64,000 nucleotides of DNA from Hyphomicrobiales bacterium (GTDB lineage Bacteria; Pseudomonadota; Alphaproteobacteria; Rhizobiales; TMED25). The stretch is taken from the NCBI GenBank assembly GCA_965204565.1, contig CBDBEU010000005.1, positions 1,412,366 through 1,476,365 of the forward strand, read 5' to 3'. How positions within the stretch are numbered: position 1 is the first letter of the stretch; the number at the start of each line of letters is the position of its first letter. The position numbers and the translations under genes were made by a program. Shown here one piece after another: positions 10,362 to 19,734 of this stretch. The notes under the pieces were generated by a model, which had not been told where the DNA came from, searched no databases, and saw only the letters and a list, made by a program, of their open reading frames with translations.

Positions 10362-12649
10362 TGCCCCGACCGCACCGGCCCCGCACCTCAACCGCCTCAT
10401 CCAGGCCATCGGGATTGGCCGCGCGCGCGGGCAAAATACCGAGCAAGGCCGAAATTCGGAGTTTTGTCGATTCTGCACCTGGTCGTGTCGGGCGACGTGA
10501 AATTGCACGTGCATTCGGTCTGGGTATCGCAGAACGCAATGCGTTGAAGAAGCTTTGGCGTGAAATCAAAGCAGAGCGCATTAGCAAGCCCGGAGGCTGC
10601 ACCACTGCCCGTTCCAATGGGCTTCCGCCTGTTGGTCTGGCAACAGTCAGCGACGTTGATGATGATGGAGCTATCAGCGTCACCCCGCATCATGATGACG
10701 GTGCGGCGGGTTCATTTGCGCTGCGCGGACTGAAGCAAGAATCGATTTCAATAGCTCTCGGGCTTGGAGATCGGGTGCTAGTGCGCTTCATCACGCCGGG
10801 TGGCGGTGAAGGGCACGCAGGTGAGCGCCATGCACGCCTGATTCGCCATCTTGGCCGGAACACGCGCCGGATAACCGGTATTGTTTCGGGACCCATGGGC
10901 GGGCCCTACTGGCTTGAATCGGTTTCTAAGCGCAAGCGGGATGATGTCGCACTCGATCCAGCCGGAACGCCTGTCTCGGTCGGCGATCTGGTATCGGCAG
11001 AGATAGATGGGGAGAAGAGGCGCGGCGCGGCGCGATTGATAACTATACACGGACCGGCAGCAGCGGTATCGCAAACAAGTCTCATAGCGGTGCACGAATA
11101 CGAAATACGCCACGAATTTCCGCAGGCTGTCGTGGAAGAGGCAGCTGCCGCTCAAGCCCCCTCGCCCGCCGGCCGCACCGATCTTAGCCACGTACCCTTC
11201 ATCACCATCGATCCGGAAGACGCGCGCGACCATGACGACGCGGTGCATGCCATGCCCGACCCGGATGCCGGCAACCCGGACGGCTGGATCATTCAGGTCG
11301 CGATTGCCGATGTCGCACATTTCGTGCGTCCCGGATCGGCACTCGATCGCGAAGCACGCAAGCGCGGCAATTCGGTCTATTTTCCTGACCGCGTGGTGCC
11401 GATGTTGCCTGAAGCATTGTCGACTGATCTGTGTTCACTCAAACTAGGCGTAGAGCGCGCCGCCTTTGTCGCTCGCATGGTGTTCGACGCATCCGGTGCG
11501 ATGCGGCACCACAGCTTTGAACGCGCCATTATCGTATCACGCGCCAACCTCACCTATGTCGATGCGCAGCAGGCCATAGACGGTGCTGCGGACGCGAACT
11601 CGGGCGAGTTCCTTGACCAGGCGCTGCGACCACTATGGGCAGCCTACGCAGTTCTGTCCCACGGGCGCGAGCGTCGCGACCCGCTCGCGCTTGTACTGCC
11701 TGAAAGGCGCATCCTGTTCGATGAGAGCGGAGAGCCGTGCGATGTGATCACACCGCCACGACTTGATTCTCATTGTCTGATCGAAGAGTTCATGATCCAG
11801 GCCAATGTCGCCATCGCGGAGACGCTTGAAAACCGCAAAGTCGCATTTTTGCGCCGCGTCCACGATGCGCCGGCAACGGAAAAAGTGGACGCTTTGGGCG
11901 AATATCTTCGCAGCCTCGATCTCAAGCTGGCGCGCGTCCAGAGCCTAACGACCTCTCATTTCAACCATTTGATCGCACAGGCCGAATCAACACCGCATGG
12001 CGATGCCGTGGCCCAGGCGGTATTGCGCGCCCAGAGTCAGGCAGTCTACGGTGCACGCGACCGTGGACATTTCGGCCTCAATCTGCGGCGCTACGCTCAT
12101 TTCACCTCGCCGATTAGACGCTATGCCGACATCATCGCTCACCGGGCTCTGATCTCCCAGATGGCTCTTGGACCGGACGGCAATGACCGTGAAACCATCG
12201 CCGCGCTTGATGAAATAGGAGCGCAGATTTCAGAAGCTGAGCGCCGCGCCATGGCGGCCGAACGCGACACCGCTGACAGGTTGATAACTCGCTTGCTTGC
12301 CAAACGGGTGGGTGCAATTTTCTCTGGCCGTATTGCTGGAATGGTGCGCTCAGGCCTGTTTGTCGAACTCGACGAGACCGGTGCCAGCGGTTTTGTCGCC
12401 GCGGCTGCTCTGGGACGCAAGCATGGTGACTATTTCACTGCTGACGAGGCGACATTCTCACTTCGTGGTCGGGAAAGCGGTAGCGGCTATCGCATCGGCG
12501 AGCGTGTTGAAGTGCGGCTGACTGATGCCGAACCGATGAGTGGTTCTCTTGATTTTGAGATGTTGACGCTGCCCCGCAAACTGGCTTCAAGCCGGCGCCG
12601 GTGTGCAGACCGCCCAATCAGGCGGGGACGCCGGGAACAGGCCCGGTGA
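10361..12649 (+). CDS. rnr: Ribonuclease R
   Basis: 762 aa; RNB motifs ITIDPEDARDHDDAV and HFGL...YAHFTSPIRRYADIIAHR; C-terminal S1-like domain. The ATG overlaps the topA stop (TGATG). Confidence 0.9.
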   Translation: MPRPHRPRTSTASSRPSGLAARAGKIPSKAEIRSFVDSAPGRVGRREIARAFGLGIAERNALKKLWREIKAERISKPGGCTTARSNGLPPVGLATVSDVDDDGAISVTPHHDDGAAGSFALRGLKQESISIALGLGDRVLVRFITPGGGEGHAGERHARLIRHLGRNTRRITGIVSGPMGGPYWLESVSKRKRDDVALDPAGTPVSVGDLVSAEIDGEKRRGAARLITIHGPAAAVSQTSLIAVHEYEIRHEFPQAVVEEAAAAQAPSPAGRTDLSHVPFITIDPEDARDHDDAVHAMPDPDAGNPDGWIIQVAIADVAHFVRPGSALDREARKRGNSVYFPDRVVPMLPEALSTDLCSLKLGVERAAFVARMVFDASGAMRHHSFERAIIVSRANLTYVDAQQAIDGAADANSGEFLDQALRPLWAAYAVLSHGRERRDPLALVLPERRILFDESGEPCDVITPPRLDSHCLIEEFMIQANVAIAETLENRKVAFLRRVHDAPATEKVDALGEYLRSLDLKLARVQSLTTSHFNHLIAQAESTPHGDAVAQAVLRAQSQAVYGARDRGHFGLNLRRYAHFTSPIRRYADIIAHRALISQMALGPDGNDRETIAALDEIGAQISEAERRAMAAERDTADRLITRLLAKRVGAIFSGRIAGMVRSGLFVELDETGASGFVAAAALGRKHGDYFTADEATFSLRGRESGSGYRIGERVEVRLTDAEPMSGSLDFEMLTLPRKLASSRRRCADRPIRRGRREQAR

Positions 12650-13407
12650 ACAAGCAGACGCCATTAAAAAGTGCCGAATTGGGGTCCGGCACATACCATG
12701 CCGGTGTGCGTCCACGCGATGCCGCAACGCTGATCATCGTGCGCTTCGATACCGATACACCACGGGTATTGATGGGTAAGCGCCACGACGCCCATCGTTT
12801 CATGCCGGGAAAGGTGGTGTTTCCGGGCGGAAAGATCGATCGTGCCGATTATGCCTTGTCCGGGATCGGCGATCTTGCACCCAAGACACGAGAGCTCCTG
12901 CTTGCCCGCGTGAGCGGGAAAGCAAGCGATCGCTGGGCGCGAGCCATTGCGCTTGCCGCCATTCGCGAAACATTTGAGGAGACCGGCATTCTTGTCGGCC
13001 GGCCGGCAGCTAAAGGCACAATACTTCCGCGATCCGCATACTGGCGTCCGTTTTTTGATCACGGTGTGGTGCCTGATGTTGAATCACTCGGTCTAGTTGC
13101 CAGAGCAATCACACCGCCGGGCATGGTGAGGCGCTTCGATACGCGTTTCTTTCTCGCTGAAGCACGCTCAATTGCCAAGCAGGTTGCACCGCCTAGCGAT
13201 GAATTGGAGGCTCCCGGCTGGTTCACCTTCAATGAGGCGCGCCGAAGCGACATTCCAAGCATCACCGGGACGGTACTTGATCTGGCTGAAAAGCGCTTGC
13301 ATGAATTCCGGACGGGGCGTCTCAGCCCTCAAGCGCCATTCCTCTATTTTCGCCACGGTCGGCGGGTGGTCGAACAGATTTCGCTCGCGCAAACCGCAAA
13401 GTGCTGA
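12646..13407 (+). CDS. NUDIX-family hydrolase
   Basis: In frame of ORF 12601..13407; the probable GTG start at 12646 overlaps the rnr stop. Nudix box FPGGKID...[12 protein letters not shown]. Confidence 0.75.
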   Translation: MNKQTPLKSAELGSGTYHAGVRPRDAATLIIVRFDTDTPRVLMGKRHDAHRFMPGKVVFPGGKIDRADYALSGIGDLAPKTRELLLARVSGKASDRWARAIALAAIRETFEETGILVGRPAAKGTILPRSAYWRPFFDHGVVPDVESLGLVARAITPPGMVRRFDTRFFLAEARSIAKQVAPPSDELEAPGWFTFNEARRSDIPSITGTVLDLAEKRLHEFRTGRLSPQAPFLYFRHGRRVVEQISLAQTAKC

Positions 13408-13516
13408 CCTGCGGGACGGTTGGGTTGGCAGGTCATCCAATTCGATTAACTTGACACCAGCGCCTCGGGGTCATTATGTGCGGCCAAGTTTATCAGTCAA
13501 CGCGCAGGATATTGCC

Positions 13517-13684
13517 ATGGCCAAGGCACCATCGATCAAAATCAAGCTCGAGAGCACAGCGGGCACCGGGTACTATTACGTCACCAAGAAAAATTCCCGC
13601 ACGCAGACGGACAAGCTTTCGGTCAATAAATATGATCCGGTTGTGCGCAAGCATGTTGAGTTCAAGGAAACGCGCATAAAATAG
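13517..13684 (+). CDS. rpmG: 50S ribosomal protein L33
   Basis: [55 protein letters not shown] (55 aa), inside track ORF 13172..13684. Confidence 0.95.
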   Translation: MAKAPSIKIKLESTAGTGYYYVTKKNSRTQTDKLSVNKYDPVVRKHVEFKETRIK

Positions 13685-13709
13685 CAGCGATCGAGTTCCC
13701 GGCAAAAAA

Positions 13710-13737
13710 GGCGCCGTCGATGACGGCGCCTTTTGTA
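13710..13737 (+). terminator. Rho-independent terminator of rpmG
   Basis: Perfect 9-bp stem ggcgccgtc / gacggcgcc with loop gat, followed by ttttgtattt. It is preceded by an A-run, so it may act in both directions. Confidence 0.75.
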
Positions 13738-14060
13738 TTTCCGGTGGCCAATCCGGATGATCTTCACAGGCTATAATTTCAGTGGCCGGCCGATAGCGGC
13801 ATTCGTCGAGGACGACCACTCAAGCCACTAACCGACCGGCCCACCCCACGGACCCAAGAGATGCGGCGGACCTGAGCACTCCGTAAGGCATTCTATAGCA
13901 GTCATCGCCGCTGTTATTCTTAACCGGCGACGCTAATTCTCGGTGAACTTAAGATGCCGCCGTTCCGCGTTTCTATCAACGCGCTTTATATTTCGAATTG
14001 GATATTATTGATTGTGGAGCGAAACGCAATGAATATATCTGAACTTACCGATACGTTCTA

Positions 14061-14909
14061 GGCTCAGAACCCATTAATTTGCATTGAAGTTCGATTTTTG
14101 ATTCAGGATGGCAAAGGAGTTTGCCATGTCGGATCTGTTGCTGCTCTCACGCGCTCAAATGTCAAAGATCGAGCCATTCTTTCCCAGGTCCAACGGAGTT
14201 GCCCGGGGGGATGATCGTCGTGTTGTGTCAGGCATCGTCTGCGTGCTGAAGCACGGGCTGCAATGGAAGGACGCAGCTGCGGCCTGCGGCCCGCACAAGA
14301 CGCTCTGCAGTCGCTTTCGACGCTGGACCGAACTACCGCGTGTTCGACAAGATTTTCAGTCACTTGACCGCTTCTGACGGGCCACCCGATACGCTGATGC
14401 CCGATACGCTGATGATTGATGCAACACACTTGAAGGCTCATCGCACCGCGTCGAGCCTTCTGAAAGGGGGTCTTCCCCGCCACATCGGGCGCACAAAAGG
14501 CGGGCCGAACACCAGACTCCATGACGTCTGCGATGGCGACGGACGACCGCCGGCCATGTGCCTGGCGGCTGGCCAGCTGTCGGATCATATCGGTGCGAAG
14601 CTCTTGTATCCGGGTCTCTAGTGATAGCGTCAAAGCTATAATGATCGCAGATAAGGGATACGATTCAGACGATGATCGCGCGGCGCTGAAAGCCGGGGGG
14701 ATCACCCCGTGCATTCCGCCCCGAACAGGACGAAAGGCACCCGCTTCCTTCTGCAACATTCAATACAAACAGCGCCATAAGGTTGAGAACATGTTCGCAC
14801 CGCTCAAGGACCGGCGCCGCATCGCGATATGACCGGCGGGCAGACGTCTTCATGGCCGCAATCACAATGGCAGCCATCCTCATATGGTGGCTATAATGAG
14901 TTCTGAGCC
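14061..14909 (+). mobile_element. IS5-family (IS427-group-like) insertion sequence, 849 bp, transposase frame broken
   Basis: Imperfect terminal IRs GGCTCAGAACCCATTAAT and GGCTCAGAACTCATTATAG (reverse complement of the right end). Flanking TA/TA at 14059-60 and 14910-11. OrfA begins MSDLLLLSRAQMSKIEPFFPRS...RRVVSGIVCVLKHGLQWKDA. The rest of the transposase (HLKAHRTA, IGRTKGGPNTRLH, ADKGYDSD, KQRHKVENMF, RYDRRADVFMAAITMAAILIWWL) is spread over at least 4 frames. It also contains a 15-bp tandem duplication at 14394-14423. Confidence 0.85.
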
Positions 14910-14911
14910 TA

Positions 14912-14984
14912 GAGCATTTTCACATTGAGCGTTGATATCCTGCTGCGTGGAAGAAGTTTTCGCATTCGGCCGGGAGGAAGCAGT
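14912..14984 (-). mobile_element. IS630-family element, 3-prime terminal piece (part 1 of a copy split by the IS5-like element)
   Basis: gagcattttcacattgagcgttgatatcctgctgcgtggaaga...ggaggaagc is about 95% identical to 30365-30436. It encodes the transposase C-terminus ...CFLPAECENFFHAAGYQRSM*. Confidence 0.75.
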
Positions 14985-16163
14985 CGGACCCCCTGCAGAC
15001 CCCTGTCTTCTGCCTGGAATCGGGTGACGAGAGCGCCTTTACGGCCGCGATGCGTGTCGGCCCTTTGCCTGGGTTGTGGTTCGGGATTTGGTTTCGCCGG
15101 GGCCGGGCTATGCCACGGCGCCTTTGCGCTCCCGGAACAGGAGCCGTTTCATGTTGAATGCGATGTTGGCCATGCCGATCCTGGCCCTCGCCCGGTCGAT
15201 GCCGATGGTGCGGACGAAGAGCCCCATTCGTGCCTTCATCCCGGCGAAGGGATGTTCGATCGCGGATCGGACCTTCGACCGTGCGGCATTGGCCCTCTCG
15301 TGATGCATGGGCATCGGCTTGCCGGGCGGCGTCGGTGACGATCCATGTCCGGACGAAGCCGTGGCGCCGGTCGGCATTGATATGGGATTTGCAGCCGAAC
15401 ACCGGCGTGGCGATTGCGCCCATCGCCGTGCCGTCCGGGCGCGTCTTCTTGCGCCCTCGCTTGAGCGTCCAACGCGCGTCGCGATCCTTTTGCGCCAGTT
15501 TCCGGGGCCAGTTTCCGGGGATTGGCCTGCCAATCAGGCGGGATGCCCCCGCCCTTGACGATCTCCTTCCCGGCATCGGTCATGCGCTGGCGCGGGGCCG
15601 CCACGATGGTGGCATCGACGAGCTGCCCGCGCCCATGGCGAGATATCCGGGCGAGATGTCCGGCGTCCTCAAGATGCGCGTCGAACCGGGCGAAGAGTTT
15701 CTCCACCGTGCCGGTCCGCACCAGGGCTTCCCGGAACCGCCGGATGGTCGTCTCGTCCGGCGCCCGCGCGCCGTCATCGAGGCCGAGGAAACGGCCAAAG
15801 CTGCGCCGGTCCATGATTTGGAACGCCGCCTGCGCATCCGACAGGCCTTAGAGCGCCTGGATCACCGGCACCTTGAACATGAGGACCGGGTCCATCGGCG
15901 GGCGCCCGCCTTGCCTGCCCCCGCCTTGCCTGCCATCGGAACGATCAAGCGTCGCATCCAACCCTGGCCGGCAACTCTGGCCGGAAGAGCTCGAAGTCGA
16001 TACCCCCTGCAAGCCGCTCCAGCGGATCTCCCGCCTTCGATAACGCCGCGTAGCGCTCATCCGGATCGAACAACCCGCGCTGTGCAGCCATCGTACCCTC
16101 CGTCGCTGATATCCCCACGGAATCACGCCAGCACGCTCAAAGCCAGGGGGGGTCAGGGCGTCC
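14985..16163 (-). mobile_element. Defective IS5-family element, copy A (1179 bp)
   Basis: Transposase remnants on the minus strand: MAAQRGLFDPDERYAALSKAGDPLERL, GGRPPMDPVLMFKVPVIQAL*GLSD, RRSFGRFLGL, QLVDATIVAAPRQR, KDRDARWT, RSKVRSAIEHPFAGMKARMGLFVRTIGIDRARARIGMANIAFNMKRL. Terminal IRs are GGACCCCCTGCAGACCCC and GGACGCCCTGACCCCCCC. Direct repeats AGTC lie at 14981-84 and 16164-67. Near-identical to 21184..22352. Confidence 0.85.
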
Positions 16164-16490
16164 AGTCGAGATAGTGCAGCCGATGCGTTCAACGAGGGCG
16201 TCGAAGGTTCGGGCCGGATCTTGCCTGAGCAGCGCCTTGGGCCTGGCAAAGGCCTTCTCGATGGGGTTCATGTCGGGGCTGCAGGGCGGCAGATAGAAGA
16301 TCCGGGCGCATCGGGAGGTGGTGATCTGACGGATGCCGGCGACCTTATGGGCAGGCAGGTTGTCGAGCACCACGACATCATCGCGTGTCGGGGTCGGTGC
16401 CGGCACCTCCTCAATATAGACGCGAAAAGCCTAGCTATCCATCGGACCATCGAGGACCCGGGGGGCCGTGATGCCTGAGAGGCGAGGGCC
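16164..16490 (-). mobile_element. IS630-family element, transposase C-terminal remnant (part 2), abutting the pleD 3-prime end
   Basis: Minus-strand translation RLSGITAPRVLDGPMDS*...[19 protein letters not shown]...FYLPPCSPDMNPIEKAFARPKALLRQ (DDE region) with internal stops. 16164-16265 is about 95% identical to 30437-30548. Confidence 0.8.
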
Positions 16491-17848
16491 GGCAACTCTG
16501 TTACGCCCGGTCCGTTTGGCGCGATATAATGATTCATCAGCACGGCGCAGAATATTGGTGGGACTATCGATCGGATTTTCAATACCGGAAATACCAATGC
16601 TGACGGTGACATTCAATCCACCCTCAGCTCCTAGAGCATCGAACGATTCTGCGGCAATGCGTTCCCGTAATCTCTCGGCTACGATGCCGGCAATCATCAT
16701 GCCGGTTTCAGGCATGATGACGACGAATTCCTCGCCGCCATACCGGCACACCAAATCAACACTGCGAACGTTGCTGCTGAGCCTCTGGGAGAACTCGCGA
16801 ATTACCGCATCACCTGAATCGTGGCCGTGATTGTCGTTGATCGCCTTGAAGTGGTCGATATCGAGAAGCAGCATCTACAAGGGCTTGCCGCGATGGGCCG
16901 CCTGATCGATCAAGGTGGCCATGTGACCTTCCATGTATCGGCGATTATGCAGGCCGGTGGTCGGATCGGTCACCGCAAATTCAATGCTTTGTTCGAGATT
17001 GGCGCGCAATCGGTCTGCAAATCTTTTGCGCCGTAGTTGTTCGCGCACCCCCGCCAGAAGTTCGTTCTTGTCGATCGGGCGCAGAAGATAGTCGTTGACC
17101 CCGAGATCGAGCGCGCGAATGAACCGCCCATTGTCGTCGGGTTCGCAAAGAACCAGGATCGGGAGATTGCGGGTGCGGTCGACCGAGCGCAACTGCGAGC
17201 AAAGTCTCAGACAGTCGAAATTGGCCAGCGACAGAGACACGATCATCAAGTCGAAGCCACCGTCAACAGCGCGAAACAAGGCTTCTTGAGGATTTTCCTC
17301 AATCGTTACCTCATGGTGCTCGCTAATGATCGCCTTTGCACGGTTGCGTGAACTGCTACGATCATCGACCAGCAGGATCTTGCCACCTTCCTCGGCACTT
17401 GCATCGGCGAGTGTGAGCAGGTCCTGCAATCCCATGCGTTCACCGATTGCAGCACGCAGCATCAACTCGTCGGTGATCATCTTGAGGCGTACAAGGCTGC
17501 GCACGCGGGCCAGCAAAGCGATGTTGCTTACCGGCTTGGTCAGGAATCATCGGCGCCGGCTTCCAGACCCTGGACACGATCGGCCGGAGAATCGAGAGCT
17601 GTGACCATGATCACGGGAATGTGGTGAGTCAGCGGGTTTTGCTTGATGCGGCAACAGACCTCAAAGCCGTCCATGCCGGGCATCATGACGTCAATCAGTA
17701 CGATGTCGGGATGCGCACGCTCGACAATACCTAGTGCTTCCTTGCCGTCGCGCGCAGTCAGTACACCGAAATACTCGGCCGTCAGTTTGGCCTCAAGCAG
17801 TGTGACGTTGGCCAGCACATCATCGACGACCAGAATGCGAGCCGTCAT
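16491..17848 (-). pseudogene. pleD: Response-regulator diguanylate cyclase PleD (REC-REC-GGDEF), disrupted
   Basis: Three track ORFs (17540..17848, 16875..17516, 16431..16874) together spell PleD. There is a 1-nt deletion at GADD(F)LTKP (gatgattcctgacc, ~17545). There is an in-frame TAG at 16875-77 (RGKPL*MLLLDIDHFK). The native stop is replaced by IS630-derived sequence after GRNRVA. GGEEF is present. Confidence 0.85.
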
Positions 17849-18291
17849 GAGGGCTCTTTCAGGAAGCCTTCAACGGTTTGCAGAAAGGTTGCAACCGAGA
17901 TCGGCTTGGAAATATAGGCTTCACAACCGCCCTGACGGATTTTTTCCTCATCCCCCTTCATGGCAAACGCTGTGACCGCAATAACAGGGATGTGGCTCAA
18001 ATTCTCATCTTCCTTGAGCCATTTGGTGACTTCCAGGCCGGAAACTTCCGGCAGCTGAATATCCATCAGGATCAGATCAGGCTCGTTCTCGCGCGCGATC
18101 TCAAGCGCCATAAGTCCATTGCGTGTCTGCAGCGTACGATAGCCGTGCGCCTCCAGCAAATCGTTGAAAAGCTTCATATTTAGCTCATTGTCCTCAACGA
18201 TCAGGACCGTCTTGGCGGTGACGTTCTCAGCGGCGGGAGGTGGATTGACCGTGGCCTTTTCAACCATCCGTTCACTCTGTATCTCACTCAT
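17845..18291 (-). CDS. divK: Single-domain cell-cycle response regulator DivK
   Basis: [25 protein letters not shown]...[25 protein letters not shown]...[33 protein letters not shown]. Its stop overlaps the pleD ATG (ATGA). The start is uncertain (18303, 18291 or 18267). Confidence 0.88.
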   Translation of the reverse strand: MSEIQSERMVEKATVNPPPAAENVTAKTVLIVEDNELNMKLFNDLLEAHGYRTLQTRNGLMALEIARENEPDLILMDIQLPEVSGLEVTKWLKEDENLSHIPVIAVTAFAMKGDEEKIRQGGCEAYISKPISVATFLQTVEGFLKEPS

Positions 18292-18410
18292 GGGATCCAA
18301 CAAGTCTGTTGATGACGGTTCAGGGCTCCACGAAATCGGCTGCGGGCTGTAAAATGATTGAAGCAGGATTCTGTAACTAACGGTTTAATTGAATCATCGC
18401 GATATCGCGA

Positions 18411-18704
18411 TTGTCTTGGAAAATGACAATGAGCAGCATGTCTCGCGACCGCGCGGACCAGATCGCAGCAGATGGGCTGCGCTTTCTGGCGAGTGACGAA
18501 GACCGCCTCGCCCGCTTTCTCGGCTTGACAGGGATTGATGGCGGCGCCATTCGCGATCATGTCAGCGAACCAACCTTCATGGCCGGTATTCTCGACTATC
18601 TTCTGGCTGATGAAAGCCTCCTGCTGGAATGGGTCGAGAGCTCGGGAATCGCACCCGAAGAACCGTTGCTGGCACGTACCGCGCTGGCGGAGTGCATTTC
18701 GTGA
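18411..18704 (+). CDS. DUF3572-family protein
   Basis: ADQIAADGLRFLASDEDRLARFLGLTGIDGGAIRD...FMAGILDYLLADESLLLEW matches my memory of DUF3572, which sits near divK in Rhizobiales. Confidence 0.7.
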   Translation: MSWKMTMSSMSRDRADQIAADGLRFLASDEDRLARFLGLTGIDGGAIRDHVSEPTFMAGILDYLLADESLLLEWVESSGIAPEEPLLARTALAECIS

Positions 18705-18747
18705 GAGTGCCCGCGGGCACCATGCTTAACCGGTCCGTTAGTCTAGC

Positions 18748-19715
18748 ATGAGCGGGCCGGTGCGTATCGGGATTGATCTTGGCGGTACCAAGATCGCCGG
18801 GGTCGCTGTTGATGCGAACGGCAGGGTTGTTGCCCAGGAGCGGGTTGCAACGCCGTGCGGCGGCTATCATGGGTCAATCGAGGCGATTGCTGAAATGGTG
18901 TCACGCTTGCGCCAACAAGCCACAGGGAGCGTGAGGGCAGCAGAAGGACTAAATGGTGTTGGCATTGGCATTCCTGGCTCGATCTCTCCGGCGACGGGGG
19001 TGATTCAGAACGGAGATTCGGTTTGGCTCAATGGCCGCCCACTCCACCTCGATCTTGAACGGCGCATGGAGTGCCCGGTAAGGCTGGCCAATGATGCTGA
19101 CCGCCTCCCCCTTTCTGAAGCCCATGACAGCGCGGGGGCAGACATGAGCACCGTATTTGCTGTCATTCTTGGCACCGGCTGCGGTGGTGGCATTGTGGTT
19201 GACCACCGGCTGGTGACTGGCCCACACCACACTGGCAGCGAGTGGGGCCACATACCGCTGCCCTGGGCACAGGCCGATGAACATGACGGCCCGCAATGCT
19301 GGTGTGGCAGACGCTCATGCATGGAGACATGGGTATCCGGTCCGGCCTGGCGCGCGATCATGAGCGTGTTACCGGTCAATCCCTGACCACGCACGAAATC
19401 GTGGCCGCCGCCGAGACTGGGGACGCAGCTGCCAGAGCGGCACTTGAGCACCACGCCGACCGGCTCGCCAGGGGGCTTGCAGTAATTGTCGATCTGATAG
19501 ATCCCGACGTCATCGTGCTGGGGGCGGGCTTTCAAATCTCTCTTAATCTCTATTCCGTATTGCCGGAAAAGATGGTGCCGCACATTTTTGCCGATTCGGT
19601 TCAAGTCACAATCAGGCCCCCCATGCATGGAGATTCGAGTGGCGTGCGCGGCACCGCGCGGCTTTGGGACGATACCGCTGCCGGGGGAAATTTTGCCGGA
19701 ATCGGGGGACCGTAA
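18748..19715 (+). pseudogene. ROK-family sugar kinase (fructokinase / N-acetylglucosamine kinase-like), one frameshift
   Basis: ORFs 18748..19386 and 19296..19715. N-terminus RIGIDLGGTKIAGVAVD, Zn motif CWCGRRSCMETWVSGPG. The frame changes at ggtccggcctgg (~19345, a G-run). The C-terminal part RDHERVTG...PDVIVLGAGF...HGDSSGVRGTARLW is in the next frame. Confidence 0.65.
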
Positions 19716-19734
19716 TGCCGGCAAGCATGGCCCG

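Noticed and set aside
14126-14832. Interpreting the split IS427-like transposase as a normal programmed -1 frameshift (orfA/orfB) arrangement
   Set aside because: One orfA/orfB shift would be normal for this group. Here, however, the reading frame changes at least three times (~14377, ~14621, ~14826), so the copy is defective and not merely recoded.
15158-16174. 338-aa ORF (and its twin 21164..22177) that is the longest ORF inside each IS5-like copy
   Set aside because: It lies antisense to the recognisable IS5-type transposase remnants. The translation is Arg/Pro/Ala-rich with no motifs. Its ends extend by different residues into different flanks, so it is not a gene of the element.
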